A stretch of DNA of 64,000 nt, from NCBI GenBank assembly GCA_964016885.1, contig OZ024743.1, positions 202,306,001-202,370,000 of the forward strand. The letters are read 5' to 3'. The notes under the pieces were generated by a model, which did not search any database, was not told the origin of the DNA, and saw only the letters and a program-made list of their open reading frames with translations. Below, piece by piece: positions 1 to 13,080 of this stretch (its first letter is position 1; each line of letters opens with the position of its first letter). The position numbers and the translations under genes are program-made. This stretch comes from Eledone cirrhosa (taxonomy: Eukaryota).

Positions 1-568
1 AGGGGATGTGAGAAAGAAAGAATCCCTCTCCTAGCGAACGGGAGGAAGTGAGAAGGGGAGAAACAGAGAGTGAGTGAGTGGAAGTGCGAGGATGAGGTCA
101 GTCGAGAAAAAGTGTTAACTGACAGAGGGGACGAAAGAAGGTAAGAGAAACAGAGAGAACAGGGGAGCAATAAGAGAGAAAGAGAGAAAGAGATAATCGC
201 CGTTTAGGTAAATATATGAAAAACATGGGGAGAAGAATACTGCGTGGTTGCACATGGAATACATATTATAAAATTAGTCCCTCATCAGTGATTTGCCAAC
301 GATCATTTGTATTTCATCGCATTAAAAATCATATACCTCAGGTTGGTGCGAGCAATAACTAAAATAAGCTATTGGGACAAGTGAAACGCGTAAAGCGAGT
401 GAGACAAGTAAACAACATAGGAGGAAAAGCTAACCGAAGATGGGAAAAAAACAAGCAACATGGTTATCGGATCAGCATAAGCTGGGTGAATATCAAGCGC
501 TCAGGAAACAGACATGGGGAGAAGAATACTGCGTGGTTGCACATGATATATATATATATATATACATA

Positions 569-634
<66 letters not shown>

Positions 635-666
635 AGATCAAAAGATGGTTAAAGGAGTTCAATATA

Positions 667-733
667 TTTTATTATGCGCATTTCAAAAACAAACATCATC
701 AAACAATAATATTTGTGTTTTCATCAGATAAAA
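667..733 (-). ncRNA. Hammerhead motif, mirror copy in left arm of the palindrome
   Basis: Reverse complement of 860-926. Confidence 0.85.
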
Positions 734-859
734 CAGGAGAACATGATATGAAGGCTAAAAAAAACACTTGTTGATAGTGCAGTTTTAAATCAACATATGT
801 TGATTTAAAACTGCACTATCAACAAGTGTTTTTTTTAGCCTTCATATCATGTTCTCCTG

Positions 860-926
860 TTTTATCTGATGAAAACACAAATATTATTGTTTGATGATGT
901 TTGTTTTTGAAATGCGCATAATAAAA
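860..926 (+). ncRNA. Type I minimal hammerhead ribozyme motif (family A)
   Basis: TTTTAT-CTGATGA-[stem II AAACACAAATATTAT..TGATGATGTTTGTTTTT]-GAAA-TGCGCA-TA-ATAAAA. Stem I TTTTAT/ATAAAA; palindromic stem III ATGCGCAT. Confidence 0.85.
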
Positions 927-1049
927 TATATTGAACTCCTTTAACCATCTTTTGATCTTATATTATGCATACTCCAGTCCCACAAACTGTAGAGTGCTTC
1001 TTATCCGATATCTGCATTGCTTTATTGTACTACAATAAAACTTACCTCC

Positions 1050-1081
<32 letters not shown>

Positions 1082-1157
1082 ACTCTTTTACTCTTTTACT
1101 CTTTTACCTGTGCCAGCAATCCGGATGAGGCCATGCTGGGGAACCGCCCTTGTTGCT

Positions 1158-1830
1158 ATCTGGCCGAACTACCCGCGCCTTGCTACGTTTAACACATTTT
1201 TTAGAAAAGAAAATGATGATTGATTGTAAATCAGTGATATAACTTATGGAGAAAAAATTCTGTATTTAAATATTATTCAATGTAAAATGTAATGCAAGAA
1301 AAATTGGAAAACATTATTTTTTTCATATATCATATCAAAATTACATTATTAAATCTTATTCTTATTTTGTTTCTTGTACATAATCTTTATTCAAGATATC
1401 AATTGTAAAGTTACGTGAATAGGCATCATATCTTGTTAATTACCTATGGTTTAAATTTCATATAAATCGAAGGGAAAAAATTGTCAGCAGGGGTCTGTGC
1501 CTCCGGGGAACCCTAATAGCGGGTTTAACCCCCATTAGAGTGTATTAATATTATTGAAATTTGCTGAAATTTTGTGAATAGGCATCATATCTTATCATTT
1601 ACCTATGGTCGAAATTTCATATAAATTGAAGGGAAAATGTTTTCAGCGGTGGTTTGTGCCCCCGGAGTTCCCTTTGATTAAAATGAAATATACTTATCCA
1701 AGTACCCTGGGCAATGTAGCTTGAGAATATATATGGTTATGGGGAGGTCTATCTCCAAAATCATAGGAGGAGTTCGTGAACAATCAAACAAACAAACAGA
1801 CAGGAACTGCAACTTTATATATATAGATAT
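1158..1830 (+). mobile_element. Non-autonomous Helitron/Helentron-like (HINE/DINE-type) element with internal ~160-bp tandem duplication
   Basis: 5' end ATCTGGCCGAACTACCCGCGCCTTGCTACG. Internal repeat GTGAATAGGCATCATATCTT at ~1416 and ~1575. 3' end CAAACAAACAAACAGACAG...CTTTATATATATAGAT, typical of such elements. Confidence 0.55.
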
Positions 1831-3411
1831 ATACGGTTTAATTCCTGTTGTGGTGTTATTACATAGGAATATTTCTAGGCAATATTAAAACCAATTGTCT
1901 TTACGACACTAGAGAATATTTACAAAAAAAACAAAGCCATTATTCAATCTGAAAAAAATCTGAATGGAAAAGTTTGAGAAGCCCTGATTTAGAGTCACAT
2001 AGCATTTATTTCCCAATCGCCTCCTTTATCAACACTTTATCAACTAACAAGTTACATACACTTCGGGGCGTTAAGGTATCCTGCCACATGCTCCCGATTT
2101 GTTGGGGTTTTCTGTTTGCTTTTTGTTTGTTTGTTTGTTATTTTGTTATTGTTTTTGTTAATGACATATTCCCACTAATCGAAGATTTTCAATTCTGCTT
2201 CATTGACACGCCCTATGTCAGAGAATATATCACTCGCTTTCTCATTTCTTGTGGACACATAGGGGTGGTAAGCGAAGGGGACGATATGATTCTCTTCAAT
2301 TTTGCTGTAGTTATTTCCTCAGCCACGATGGGTGATCCTCTGGAAAATATGTAGCACATTTAGGACATGCTGTTAATGTTTCTATTACAGTTGCTGTTAG
2401 CGTACGCCCGTTTTCTGTTATTCTTCATGTATTCTCCTGGCCTATGCTATCACTTATGTAAAATTGTGCCTTCTGCCCTGCTCCATTATGCTAATTGGTC
2501 CCCTTTCCATTCCCTTAATAGGCTACTACTACGGAATGGCCTTGTGGTCATTGGAAGTTATTAGGACTTGAGCGTCCATCGGGGCTCAGCCGACCACATA
2601 CTTTTGAGGATGACCTATTCGCCCATCCTGCACATATTGTACCGTAAATAAGACAACAAAAGCGTAAACGTTTCAAGAAATGCCTTAGGCCGTAACTCAT
2701 ATTTATCTTTATAATCTGTGACATCACGGTTTGAGCGAAAGTGTGGTGCACAAACTCTCTCGGTGTTAAAACAACACACACTAATTTTGCTTTGTTTTAT
2801 TCTTTGTTCGTGGTCGTATATAGCCACCTTTATGATAGCCTGGGGAGATACTAAACACAAAGTTACTAACAGCAAACATGCTTAAAAGTTAACACCTATT
2901 GTCTGATCGAGCACCACGTCTGTTCGAATGATCATACATCCCGTCAATCATTGACAACTCCTTCCTATAAGTCATCCTCTGAGTCATGTCTTATGTCAAC
3001 AACTCCTCACCCTTTTCATAGGTACATAGTTCAGGCTATCTTTTCTGAGATACATAAATACAACGCTTTTTCTGTTGTTGGAAGTTCACCAATAACTAGT
3101 AATTTCTTTTAGCTTGCCGGTGGTGCTTTTTTAATGTCATTTAAGTTTACGTTTTCAATTGTCAAAATATTATTATCTTTTTTTACTTGATGAGTGCCTT
3201 CGCTGCTACCGCTCGCAGCTACACAAACTGGTCATATTGAACACTTAACGATTGAAACAAAATGTCTTTCGCACAAAATGATGTATATATAATTAAAAAA
3301 TGTGTAAGGACGAATATACTTTCTGCCACAGGATATTGAAGCAATATTGGGAGAAAAAAATGAAACAAAAAAAAATGTTTCCGTGAAGAAAACGCTCTAA
3401 GATCATCATTT

Positions 3412-4020
<609 letters not shown>

Positions 4021-4716
4021 TGAGCAGCAATATGTGCAGCAGCACCAGCACCACTAATAGTTATATTAAAACTCTATGTCATCAGTTTGTCTTGACGTGT
4101 ATTTCGTACAATATGCTGAATGCTGTTTTCTGATGTTTAAAGATATTTTAAAGACACAACAATGTTTTGGGTGGTTTTCAATTTCGTTCTAGGTACATTT
4201 TATTGTAATAATATTAATATTAATATTAATATTATTAGTTTTATTACTTTTTTTTCCTTTTTAATGTTTAAACTGAGTGAACTATCGAATTTATATGCAA
4301 GAAATAAAGGCAAGAAATACAAAAAAAAGATGGGAATTTTTTTTATTTATTATCTGAAAGCAATGACATATTAGTTTTATTTTTAGCAAACACAACACAC
4401 CGTTGCTGAATAGAATTTGGAAAGCGTAACCTACACAAAATTATATAAACTCACGCGCATTTATTCACATAATACACACCTACATATCTGGGTTTGTAGA
4501 AGTTTATATATTTACATATATAATATGCATATACGTATTTGGAAAATATTTTACATATAAAGAGTAAAACCGAACGAATGCGATTTGACAGGCACACAGC
4601 ACAAAGAAGTTCGCTCACGTTCTATTACCTATCATTTGAAATTACCAGAACCTTTTCATGTTCCTACATATAACATCATATATTCAGAGACATCTAGCGA
4701 TTAATATACCAACGCA

Positions 4717-4759
<43 letters not shown>

Positions 4760-4814
4760 GATTTAGCTTTAGGCATAGCTGTATATAAATATGTATAGAA
4801 ATTTCGTATATATA

Positions 4815-4849
<35 letters not shown>

Positions 4850-5003
4850 ACAGGGAGAAAAACACGATTATTAGGAAGAAAATATATTGTTTTCCATTTT
4901 TATTTCTCTCTCTCTTTTTTTATGGGTTAGAAAATGATTAAAACGAAATATTTTACTTTGTGTGAAGTATTAAGGTATTAGTTGATTATATTTATTAATT
5001 ATA

Positions 5004-5763
5004 TATATCAACTAGAAATTGATTGACATGTATATATATTTAAAATAAACATATGAAACGATCACAGGGAACAATTTGTAAAAGTGTGTAAGCACACATA
5101 GCCAGGTAGGCAACTAATTAATGTTTAACTAGAACTTTAAAAATAGATACCTTATAAATTGATTAATCTTCCTTGTATATATTTCATTAAATAAATATAT
5201 TTCATTAATCGATCGGTAAACCACAGTAGCCAAACCGGATTTTCACCAAGGGAGAAGATCTAACTATCTGTGTTTACACAGAAAGTTTAAATCTGCGAAT
5301 GACTGGCAGCACTTGTTGCATTAAAAAAAAAATATACATTCGTACCAGCTTCATCCTACTGTCTTGAATAGGGTTATTGACAACTAGAAATAGCAGCCGA
5401 GTCCTTTCAACTGAGTTAGCTCTACAATTATGGGGCCGTGTATATATCCAAAATTAAATTATGGGTGTTATGTCAGAGAGACAAGCGCCATATCCACTGT
5501 AGTATATGCTCCAAGATTCCAATGAATAGATCCGAGCATTTTATATCAACTAGAAACTGATTGACATATATATATATATTTAAAATAAACATATGAAACA
5601 ATCACAGGAAATAATTTGTAAAAGTGTGTAAGCTCACATAGCCAGGTAGATAACTAATTAAAGTTTAACTAGAACTTTAAAATTAAACTTTAAGATTAAT
5701 ATTGCACACATACATATAATTATACATGCACTCTAACATGACACCTTTAATTTAATTTTGGAT
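5004..5763 (-). mobile_element. Family G non-coding repeat: partial tandem (~538-bp period) with a short inverted terminal piece
   Basis: TATATCAACTAGAAA... at 5004 and 5542. 5731-5763 is the inverse of ~5445-5478. Homologous copy at 41971-42732. Confidence 0.7.
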
Positions 5764-5772
5764 ATATATATA

Positions 5773-5830
<58 letters not shown>

Positions 5831-5836
5831 TATATA

Positions 5837-5952
<116 letters not shown>

Positions 5953-7249
5953 ATACCCATCAATGTATTCTATTCTAGATCAATATCAAGTTATACATCA
6001 GAAATGTTCATGTAGGTTTATATCTCACTAGGCTAGCTGAACAATACACAATCTTTTCTCTCATTTACCCGCTGCATTACCTCAAATAAAATACTTTCAC
6101 TTGATAACTTAGTAACCTGACGAATATAGTTTTTGACATTTCGCGCGTTGACATTAACAGAATAGCAAATCCCTGATTTTCTACTATAATTTTCCCTCTC
6201 ACACATGCTAAACTATGTGACTGGTCATATCACGATACAAACCATTAGCGATTTGGATATTATATATTTAGTTTGTATAAATCTATGTTCCTTTCAGATT
6301 CAGTAATGTTTCTTTCTACGTTTTGCGTTTCAGGCTAGTGTCTTTCAGGCCTTAACAGTAGTGACAACCCTGTTACATACTCTTGCACACATACATATAA
6401 TTATACATACACTCAGAAACCATCAAATTAACACACAAATGTACTAATATATATCACATTACAGAGAATAACCTGCGCATTACGCACGCACACACACACA
6501 TACACACACTACTAATTTTTTCTGCCAGCAATAGAGTACTATACCTAAAACCACATAGAGACCCGGAATATTTTGAGAAAATATTCGAGAGTTACAGCTC
6601 CTTCAACCCCAGGCTCTTGCAGTATCATGCTCTTGTTACATACTGAAAAGCAAGATCTTTTTTCACTCTGGATTTATATAGTTTTGAATAGCAAAATATA
6701 TTAGCTATATCTCCTAGATTTTCCTGGTATGGATGACGTATAACGTATTATATTTTATTTTAGAGAAGCTAACTTGAAACCTTTCAATCGCATTCATTAG
6801 CTCATTTGTTGTATGGAGTTCTTTTGGATTAGTTTAATTTTAATAAGGGGCTTGGTAGTGTGTGTCAATGAACGTTGGAGCACTAATATATGTAACTGAG
6901 AACAGATAGCTTTCAAAGAACAAGCACACCATCTTGACTGATCAGGGCTCATGTTTATATTTGCCATTTTCACAAAAGGGAAGGAGTGTGAGGTTACTCA
7001 TTATAATTCTTAAATTACGCAAAATTTCTGAACTTGGTGTTGCAATTTCTTCCGGCCATGCGCATCAATGTTGTTCTGAGAACAAATAGTTAAGCTCTTG
7101 AAATTCTACTGTGTTAAAATTTGTTGTTTATTCGGCTAAACGTTATACAGAACCGTAGCACTGGGTTTTCATAGGTCAGAGACATTTTAAGCTTTTGATA
7201 TCTTGGTTATTATTGGCATAGCTTATGAGGGCGAGCCGACTGACAACTG

Positions 7250-7710
7250 AGGAGATGTTTGATAACGCCATTATCATGAACCTCGTTCTGGAAGGACAAG
7301 CTCATCAACAAATAACTAAAATGTGAAAGTGATGATGGCGAAAAAAGCCGATTCAGTATTAAGGTAATTGCCAAAGGAACAGGCTTGGATAAAATGCAGT
7401 TCACGAAATGTTAGCAGACTATTTGCACACGCAAAGATTTTGTGCAAAATTGCCCAAATACTTCTCTTTGGAGCAAAAACAGAACCGATTGGAAATGTTA
7501 GAAAGATTCGAAATTAAGCCAAATTTCTTGGATAAATAATAACATGGCACAAATCCTGAGGGTTCGAGTATGCTCCAGGGATAAAACGGTGAAGTGAAGA
7601 GAGGTGCACAAAAAGCTCTCCTCGTCCAAGGAAAGCACGCATAAGCAGATCGATGGTGAAAACGATGATTACCATTATTTCGACAGGTAGTGAATCATAG
7701 CATTCTACAA
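7250..7710 (+). pseudogene. Degenerate Tc1/mariner transposase fragment
   Basis: Frameshifted remnants SPRPRKARISRSMVKTMI and an EYAP (YDPE-like) motif. Homologous to 48370-49129. Confidence 0.65.
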
Positions 7711-8315
7711 AGATGCCTTGGAACGACTTCGAAAACGTATCCAGAAAGTCCGAAATGACATTGCAGGAAATTGTGTCCTGCAGCATACATATATTTATAT
7801 ATATATGTGTGTTTGTTTTTAAATATAAAAGTTTATATATTTATGTATGTATGTATATATGTATATCGGGCAATGTATATGTGTGTGTGTGTGTGTGTGC
7901 ATGCGTGTGTGAGTGAATTTATTTCCAGTTGCACACTTTCAGTTGATACATTTACTGCCGTTTTATTCTTAGTAAGCTGGCCCAAGGTGTTTGTTAGTTT
8001 TGTCTGATTTTATTTCTATCTATTTGGCGAGAATATTGAATTTCCTGAGGCTATATGTTTTTTGCCTTCAGATGAAGATTATCACTTGTTACGTTGCGAA
8101 ATTATATACTACCTTGTTTACGACTCAACGTTGCAGTCTCTTGAAATTAGAGCATAGATATGTGAATTTTACCTGAATAGGTGTCTCAGAAAGGATGCTA
8201 AATATAAATTATCTTCTTGAATTAAAACTACACTATACTACATTAATTTTTGTCCTTCTCTTTGTTGTGAATTTAAAAGACGCATACCGTCACTATTCAT
8301 GTACAACACGCACTA

Positions 8316-8357
<42 letters not shown>

Positions 8358-8519
8358 TAGGTAAATATACACGGGTGTGTATGATTGTGTATAGAAGATT
8401 ATATTAATAAGAGGAATTCCAACTTTGTCTGATTTACTCGTTTTATTTACAATCCTTTAAAATATATAATGCTATTATAATGAAATAGTATGATAGAATA
8501 TTAAATTCTAAGTGTTAAT

Positions 8520-8558
8520 TGAACAAGTACTTTCATGCTTTCGCAATCTTCAGGTTCA
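8520..8558 (-). ncRNA. Compact type I hammerhead motif
   Basis: Minus strand: TGAAC-CTGAAGA-TTGC-GAAA-GCAT-GAAA-GTAC-TT-GTTCA. Stem I TGAAC/GTTCA, GNRA-capped stem II, palindromic stem III AAGTACTT. Confidence 0.8.
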
Positions 8559-8857
8559 TAATATGTGGTGACAGTCGAGTTTGCAATTTTCAACTGTAAT
8601 GAGATGGGTAAATTTCCTACCTTTTATACATTTTATACAGAGAAAAGTGGCTCCAGAATGCTAAGCCCTGTAAACTGTATTTCGACCAATCAGTGTGTAG
8701 TTTCACTGAATTACTAAAGCTGATTGGTTTAAGCGTCACGGTTGGTTGAGCATGCTAACGACCAATAGTCATATCCAACGCATCAATTGTTTTGGTATTT
8801 TTAGAAATGATGAAAATAGCATTTTCTATTAATCATCACCATCAAAATCACTTTTAT

Positions 8858-8907
<50 letters not shown>

Positions 8908-8917
8908 TAGTGCGTGT

Positions 8918-9071
<154 letters not shown>

Positions 9072-9135
9072 GAAGTAAAATAAGAAAATTATAAAAGTTA
9101 ACTTACCGACTAGAATTTCATATATATATAGATAT

Positions 9136-12100
9136 GTTTCTTTTATTTGCCACCAGGGCATCAAAAGTGGGACAAGTACAATGGGGGGAGTTTACAAAAC
9201 AAGGCGTCCTCAATAGGGAGGAGGCAATAACAATATATAAAAATAAAATAAAATATAACAAAAAATAGAATTAAAACAAAATCCTCAATAGAGGATTTTG
9301 TTATAAAATATAACAAAAAATAAAATTTATAACAAAATCCTCAATAGAGAGGAGGCCCCTTGGGGGGTTGCACACACCCCCGAAAAAAGTGTGCAACCCT
9401 TTTCCTCAGGAGCACAGAGAGGGGGTGCTCCCTCGTTCCTTCCTCCTTTCCACCTACAGGCTTATGTAAAGAGAAGGCCCATTCACACGGGCCATTCTCG
9501 CCACTTTCACCCACCTTTCATAAAAACGACTGGGGTGGAGCACCTCTCTCTCCATCCTGATCCTTCTTCCGAAATGATATCGGAAGAAACGGACCAGTTG
9601 TTGGCCAGAGAGAAAGGTGCCTGACCTCAGTCCTTTCAGACGCGTCCACCATACAACCTCTTTCGCCATGGCTATTACGCACAGAAACACCACCTCTGCT
9701 TCATCTTTGAAGGGGCGAGGCGGTTTGATCATTACAATAGACTCGGTGGTCAACCGGATCGGTCCCACCCTTGACAGCAGTTGTTCGACATAGCCCCACA
9801 GATCGGCTACGCCCGAGCAGTGTACCAATGCGTGTGCAACGGTTTCCTCGTCGCACACGCATCTGGGACAGATCTTTTTGGCGGGGTCCCTACCCGGGCG
9901 CCCGTGTCTGTAGAGCCTTTCTCGAACGGATAAAGCCCCTCGGTAGCACTGCCAGGCCAGGGACTTCTGGAAGTTGTCCATAGGTCCCGGGCTGAATGTC
10001 CTACCGAACAGGCTGGCCAGTTCGTCCTCCTCCATGTCTAGGGCTTCTCCGAGGGCGTCGTCGCACCTGGTGCGAACCAGCCCTCTAAGAATGTTGCGGT
10101 GGAGTCTCCACTGATAACCGGATCCGCCTGCCAGAGGGCGGTGAGCACCTGGGCACACTCTGTGTGGCAGGCGCCCAGTTTTCTCGGTCTTTGCTTGACC
10201 CAGGATTGCAGCTCGGTGAGTGAGACGAGTCTGGGAAAGGTTCGTCTCACAAACGAGGCCCACACCGGTTGACCGGTGAGGAATACGTAGACGTGCCGTA
10301 GCCTTAATGCGTGTTTACGCATCATTAGCCACGGCATCCCCAGCCCTCCTTTCGAAGGGTGTTGACAGCAGATGGATCTCCTCACCATAGGCGCCCGCCT
10401 CTTCCAAAGGAATTGGAAGAGCGCGCGCTCCATCTTGGTGAGGGTTTCCCTTGGGCAGGGCACTACGGTCAGGCGGTAGTAGATGACGGACGCTATATAG
10501 GTGTTCGCCACCTCCGCCCGACCTTTCAGGGATAGTTTGCAACTGGCCCACTTCTGGGTCAGTGCAAACACCCTGTTCGTAACCTCCGCCCAGTTTTTCT
10601 CCACCTGGAGGTCCGGTCCGAACCAGACCCCGAGCAACTTCACCGGGCCCTCCGTCCAGCGTCCGACGACGCCATCGGAGGGCATCGGTCTGCCCCTCCA
10701 CGTGCCGAGTTGCAAACCGATCGACTTGTCCCGGTTCAGCTTAGCCCCTGTGAACCTTTCGTACTCCTCCAGTAAGGTGCCGACCGCCTCGATTTCGGAG
10801 GCCGTCGACACCATTACTGTCACGTCATCGCCGTAGGCCGACACCGCTTTCCGCAATCCCGGTTCCAAAGGGATGCCCTGCAACAACTCCAACTTCCTCA
10901 GTAGTGGCTCGAGAGTCAACACATACAGAAGGGAGGAGAGAGGGCACCCTTGTCGGATGGACCGCGCGATTTTGAACGGCTCCGAGAGGTAGCCGTTCAC
11001 CTTGACCCTAGAGCAGATGCGGTCGCTGTGCATAGCAGTGATCCAGCCCCTGAAAACGGGTCCGAAGCCTGCCGCCGCTAGCACCGCATCCAGGTAACCA
11101 TGGTCGACCCTATCGAACGCCTTAGATTGATCCAAGTTGATCAGAGCCCCACCAAAGCCGGGTCGTTCCCAACCCTCTCTATGATGTATCGCATGAGGTG
11201 GAGGTTGTCATGGATGGACCTGGACGGGATAGCGCATGTCTGCGCATCTCCCACCAGGTTACCCACGACAAGCTCCAACCTCTTTGCTAGCACCTTGGCC
11301 AAAATCTGTAACTCTGTATTTAGCAGAGTTATGGGCCTGAAGTTACTTATTTCGTCCCCCTTGTTCTCGTCCTTCCTCACTAGCGTGACTATGCCCTTGG
11401 TCACAGTACAGGGAATTCTCCCGTTCTGTTGCCAGTTGCAGTAGACCGCCTCGAGGAGATCGGGGAACAAGTCCGGCATAGCTAGATATAATTCGTAAGG
11501 AAGACCATCGAGACCCGGGGATTTGCGTTTGCCGCATTGGCTCAGCACGTCCTCTATCTCAGCGGCCGAAATCGGCTCCTCGCAGGACTTCGCCTCCCTG
11601 TCCGAGAGGCGCGGCAGGCCGTCGAGGTATGGACCGAAGTCCACATTCCAAACCGGCTCCCCGCCCCTCCCGAACAGTCGGGCAAAGTGCCTTTGAAAGG
11701 CCTCACACATCTGCTTAGGCTCAAGAATCGCCCGTCCATCCAGGTCTCGCAAAGACCGGATGGTGGATTTAGTTCCAATGTTGGCTTCTGTTACGCGGGC
11801 CCAGCTAACAGCTTTGGTCCCCTCGTTCCCTAGAGCACGTATTTTACTTCGGACAACGCAGCCTTCGTGCTTCGCGTCGAAAAACTGGCTCAAAGCCGTT
11901 CTCGACGCTAGCACTCTGGCCACGTCGCCGCTTCTAATTGCCTCTTCTACTCTATCTATTAGCTCCCTTTCCTTCCTATTCCTATCCGCAGCTAGAACCT
12001 TACTAAATTCTATCGAGACTACTCTAATCTCTCTCTTTAGAGATGCCCACCACCTGCTGTTGACGATCGCTCCAGTCAACCGTTCCTTAACTAACGTACT

Positions 12101-12755
12101 AATCCGATCCCTGTAGGCTCTACTTGCCGGCAAGGACAAGTTGAGCTTCCAGTAACCGGGGCCCTTTCTATGCGTTCTATCAAGGTTGACCATGCAGGTC
12201 ACCAACTTGTGGTCTGAATAGCCAACCATGAGCATTTCTGGACAACTTAAAAAGTCCCTGTCCTTATTTCTAACTAAAAATCTATCTAGGTACGACCTAG
12301 ATGATCCGCTGCGATTTGACCAAGACCAGGTTGGCACCGTCGGAAAATCTAGTCGAAATCTATCGGCCAGGTCAAATCGGCCGAGTAACCCCTTGAGGCT
12401 GTTGCACCCCTCTCTATCGGGACATGCCCCTGCATAGTCCCAACGTGCATCCAGGATACCATTCCAATCCCCCACTAAAAGCAGGGAACGGGACGTCCCT
12501 AGAAAAGACTCCAGACGCTGGAAAAAGTCGGGCCGCTCAGTCCCAAAAGGGGCATATGCGGCTACCAGCCTAAAGGCTCTACCTTCACCACTGCCAAGGT
12601 CCAGCACCACCAGTCGACCCCCTGGGTCCAAGTGAACTATCTGTGTTGCAAGGCCCATATGTTTTTGCAGCAGAACGACAACCCCACCCCCACCTCCGGG
12701 CTGACAGAGAGATGCGTGCATCTCAAAGTCGTCAAAGGTGGGGGCTAGCTGTCGC
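9136..12755 (-). mobile_element. 5'-truncated Tx1-group (L1 clade) non-LTR retrotransposon
   Basis: ORF2 pieces 11141-12755, 10038-11135 and 9454-10263. APE endonuclease (GDWN, YLDRF, SDH), RT (KSPGLDG, FRPITLLN, KAFD, QGCPLS, YGDD), C-terminal CPRC..ET..H...C. AATAAA near the 3' end. Confidence 0.92.
9454..12755 (-). pseudogene. Tx1 ORF2 (APE-RT-Zn finger), frameshifted
   Basis: Three ORF segments in different frames form one ORF2 homologous to 51235-54655. Confidence 0.88.
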
Positions 12756-13018
12756 ATCAACATATGTTGATTTAAAACTGCACTATCCACAAGTGTTTTT
12801 TAGCCTTCATATCATGTTCTCCTGTTTTATCTGATGAAAACACAAATATTATTGCATGATGATGTTTGTTTTTGAAATGCGCATAATAAAATACATGGAA
12901 CTCCTTTAACCATCTTTTGATCTTATATTATGTATACTCCAGTCCTACAAACTGTAGAGTGCTTCTTATCCGATATCTGCATTGCTTTATTGTACTACAA
13001 TAAAACTCACCTCCTACA
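12756..13018 (+). mobile_element. Family A copy (one arm plus tail) fused to the Tx1 5' truncation point
   Basis: Near-identical to 789-1053. Begins with the 16-nt palindrome ATCAACATATGTTGAT. Confidence 0.85.
12825..12891 (+). ncRNA. Hammerhead motif (family A)
   Basis: TTTTAT-CTGATGA...GAAA-TGCGCA-TA-ATAAAA, intact core. Confidence 0.85.
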
Positions 13019-13080
13019 CATATATATATATATATATATATGTGTGGATGTGTGTGTGTGTGTGTGAGTACATATATATG

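Larger units (their letters stand above)
627..1053 (+). mobile_element. Non-coding fold-back element, family A (PLE pseudo-LTR-like): 340-bp palindrome 627-966 plus tail 967-1053, between (TA)n tracts
   Basis: 627-796 reads as the exact reverse complement of 797-966 (centre CAACAT|ATGTTG). HHR motif in each arm. Same family recurs at 12756-13018 and 46515-46806. Confidence 0.85.

Noticed and set aside
12756-12790. MDSAVLNQHML start of the 549-aa Tx1 ORF
   Set aside because: Derived from the adjacent family A element. The real APE N-terminus is truncated.
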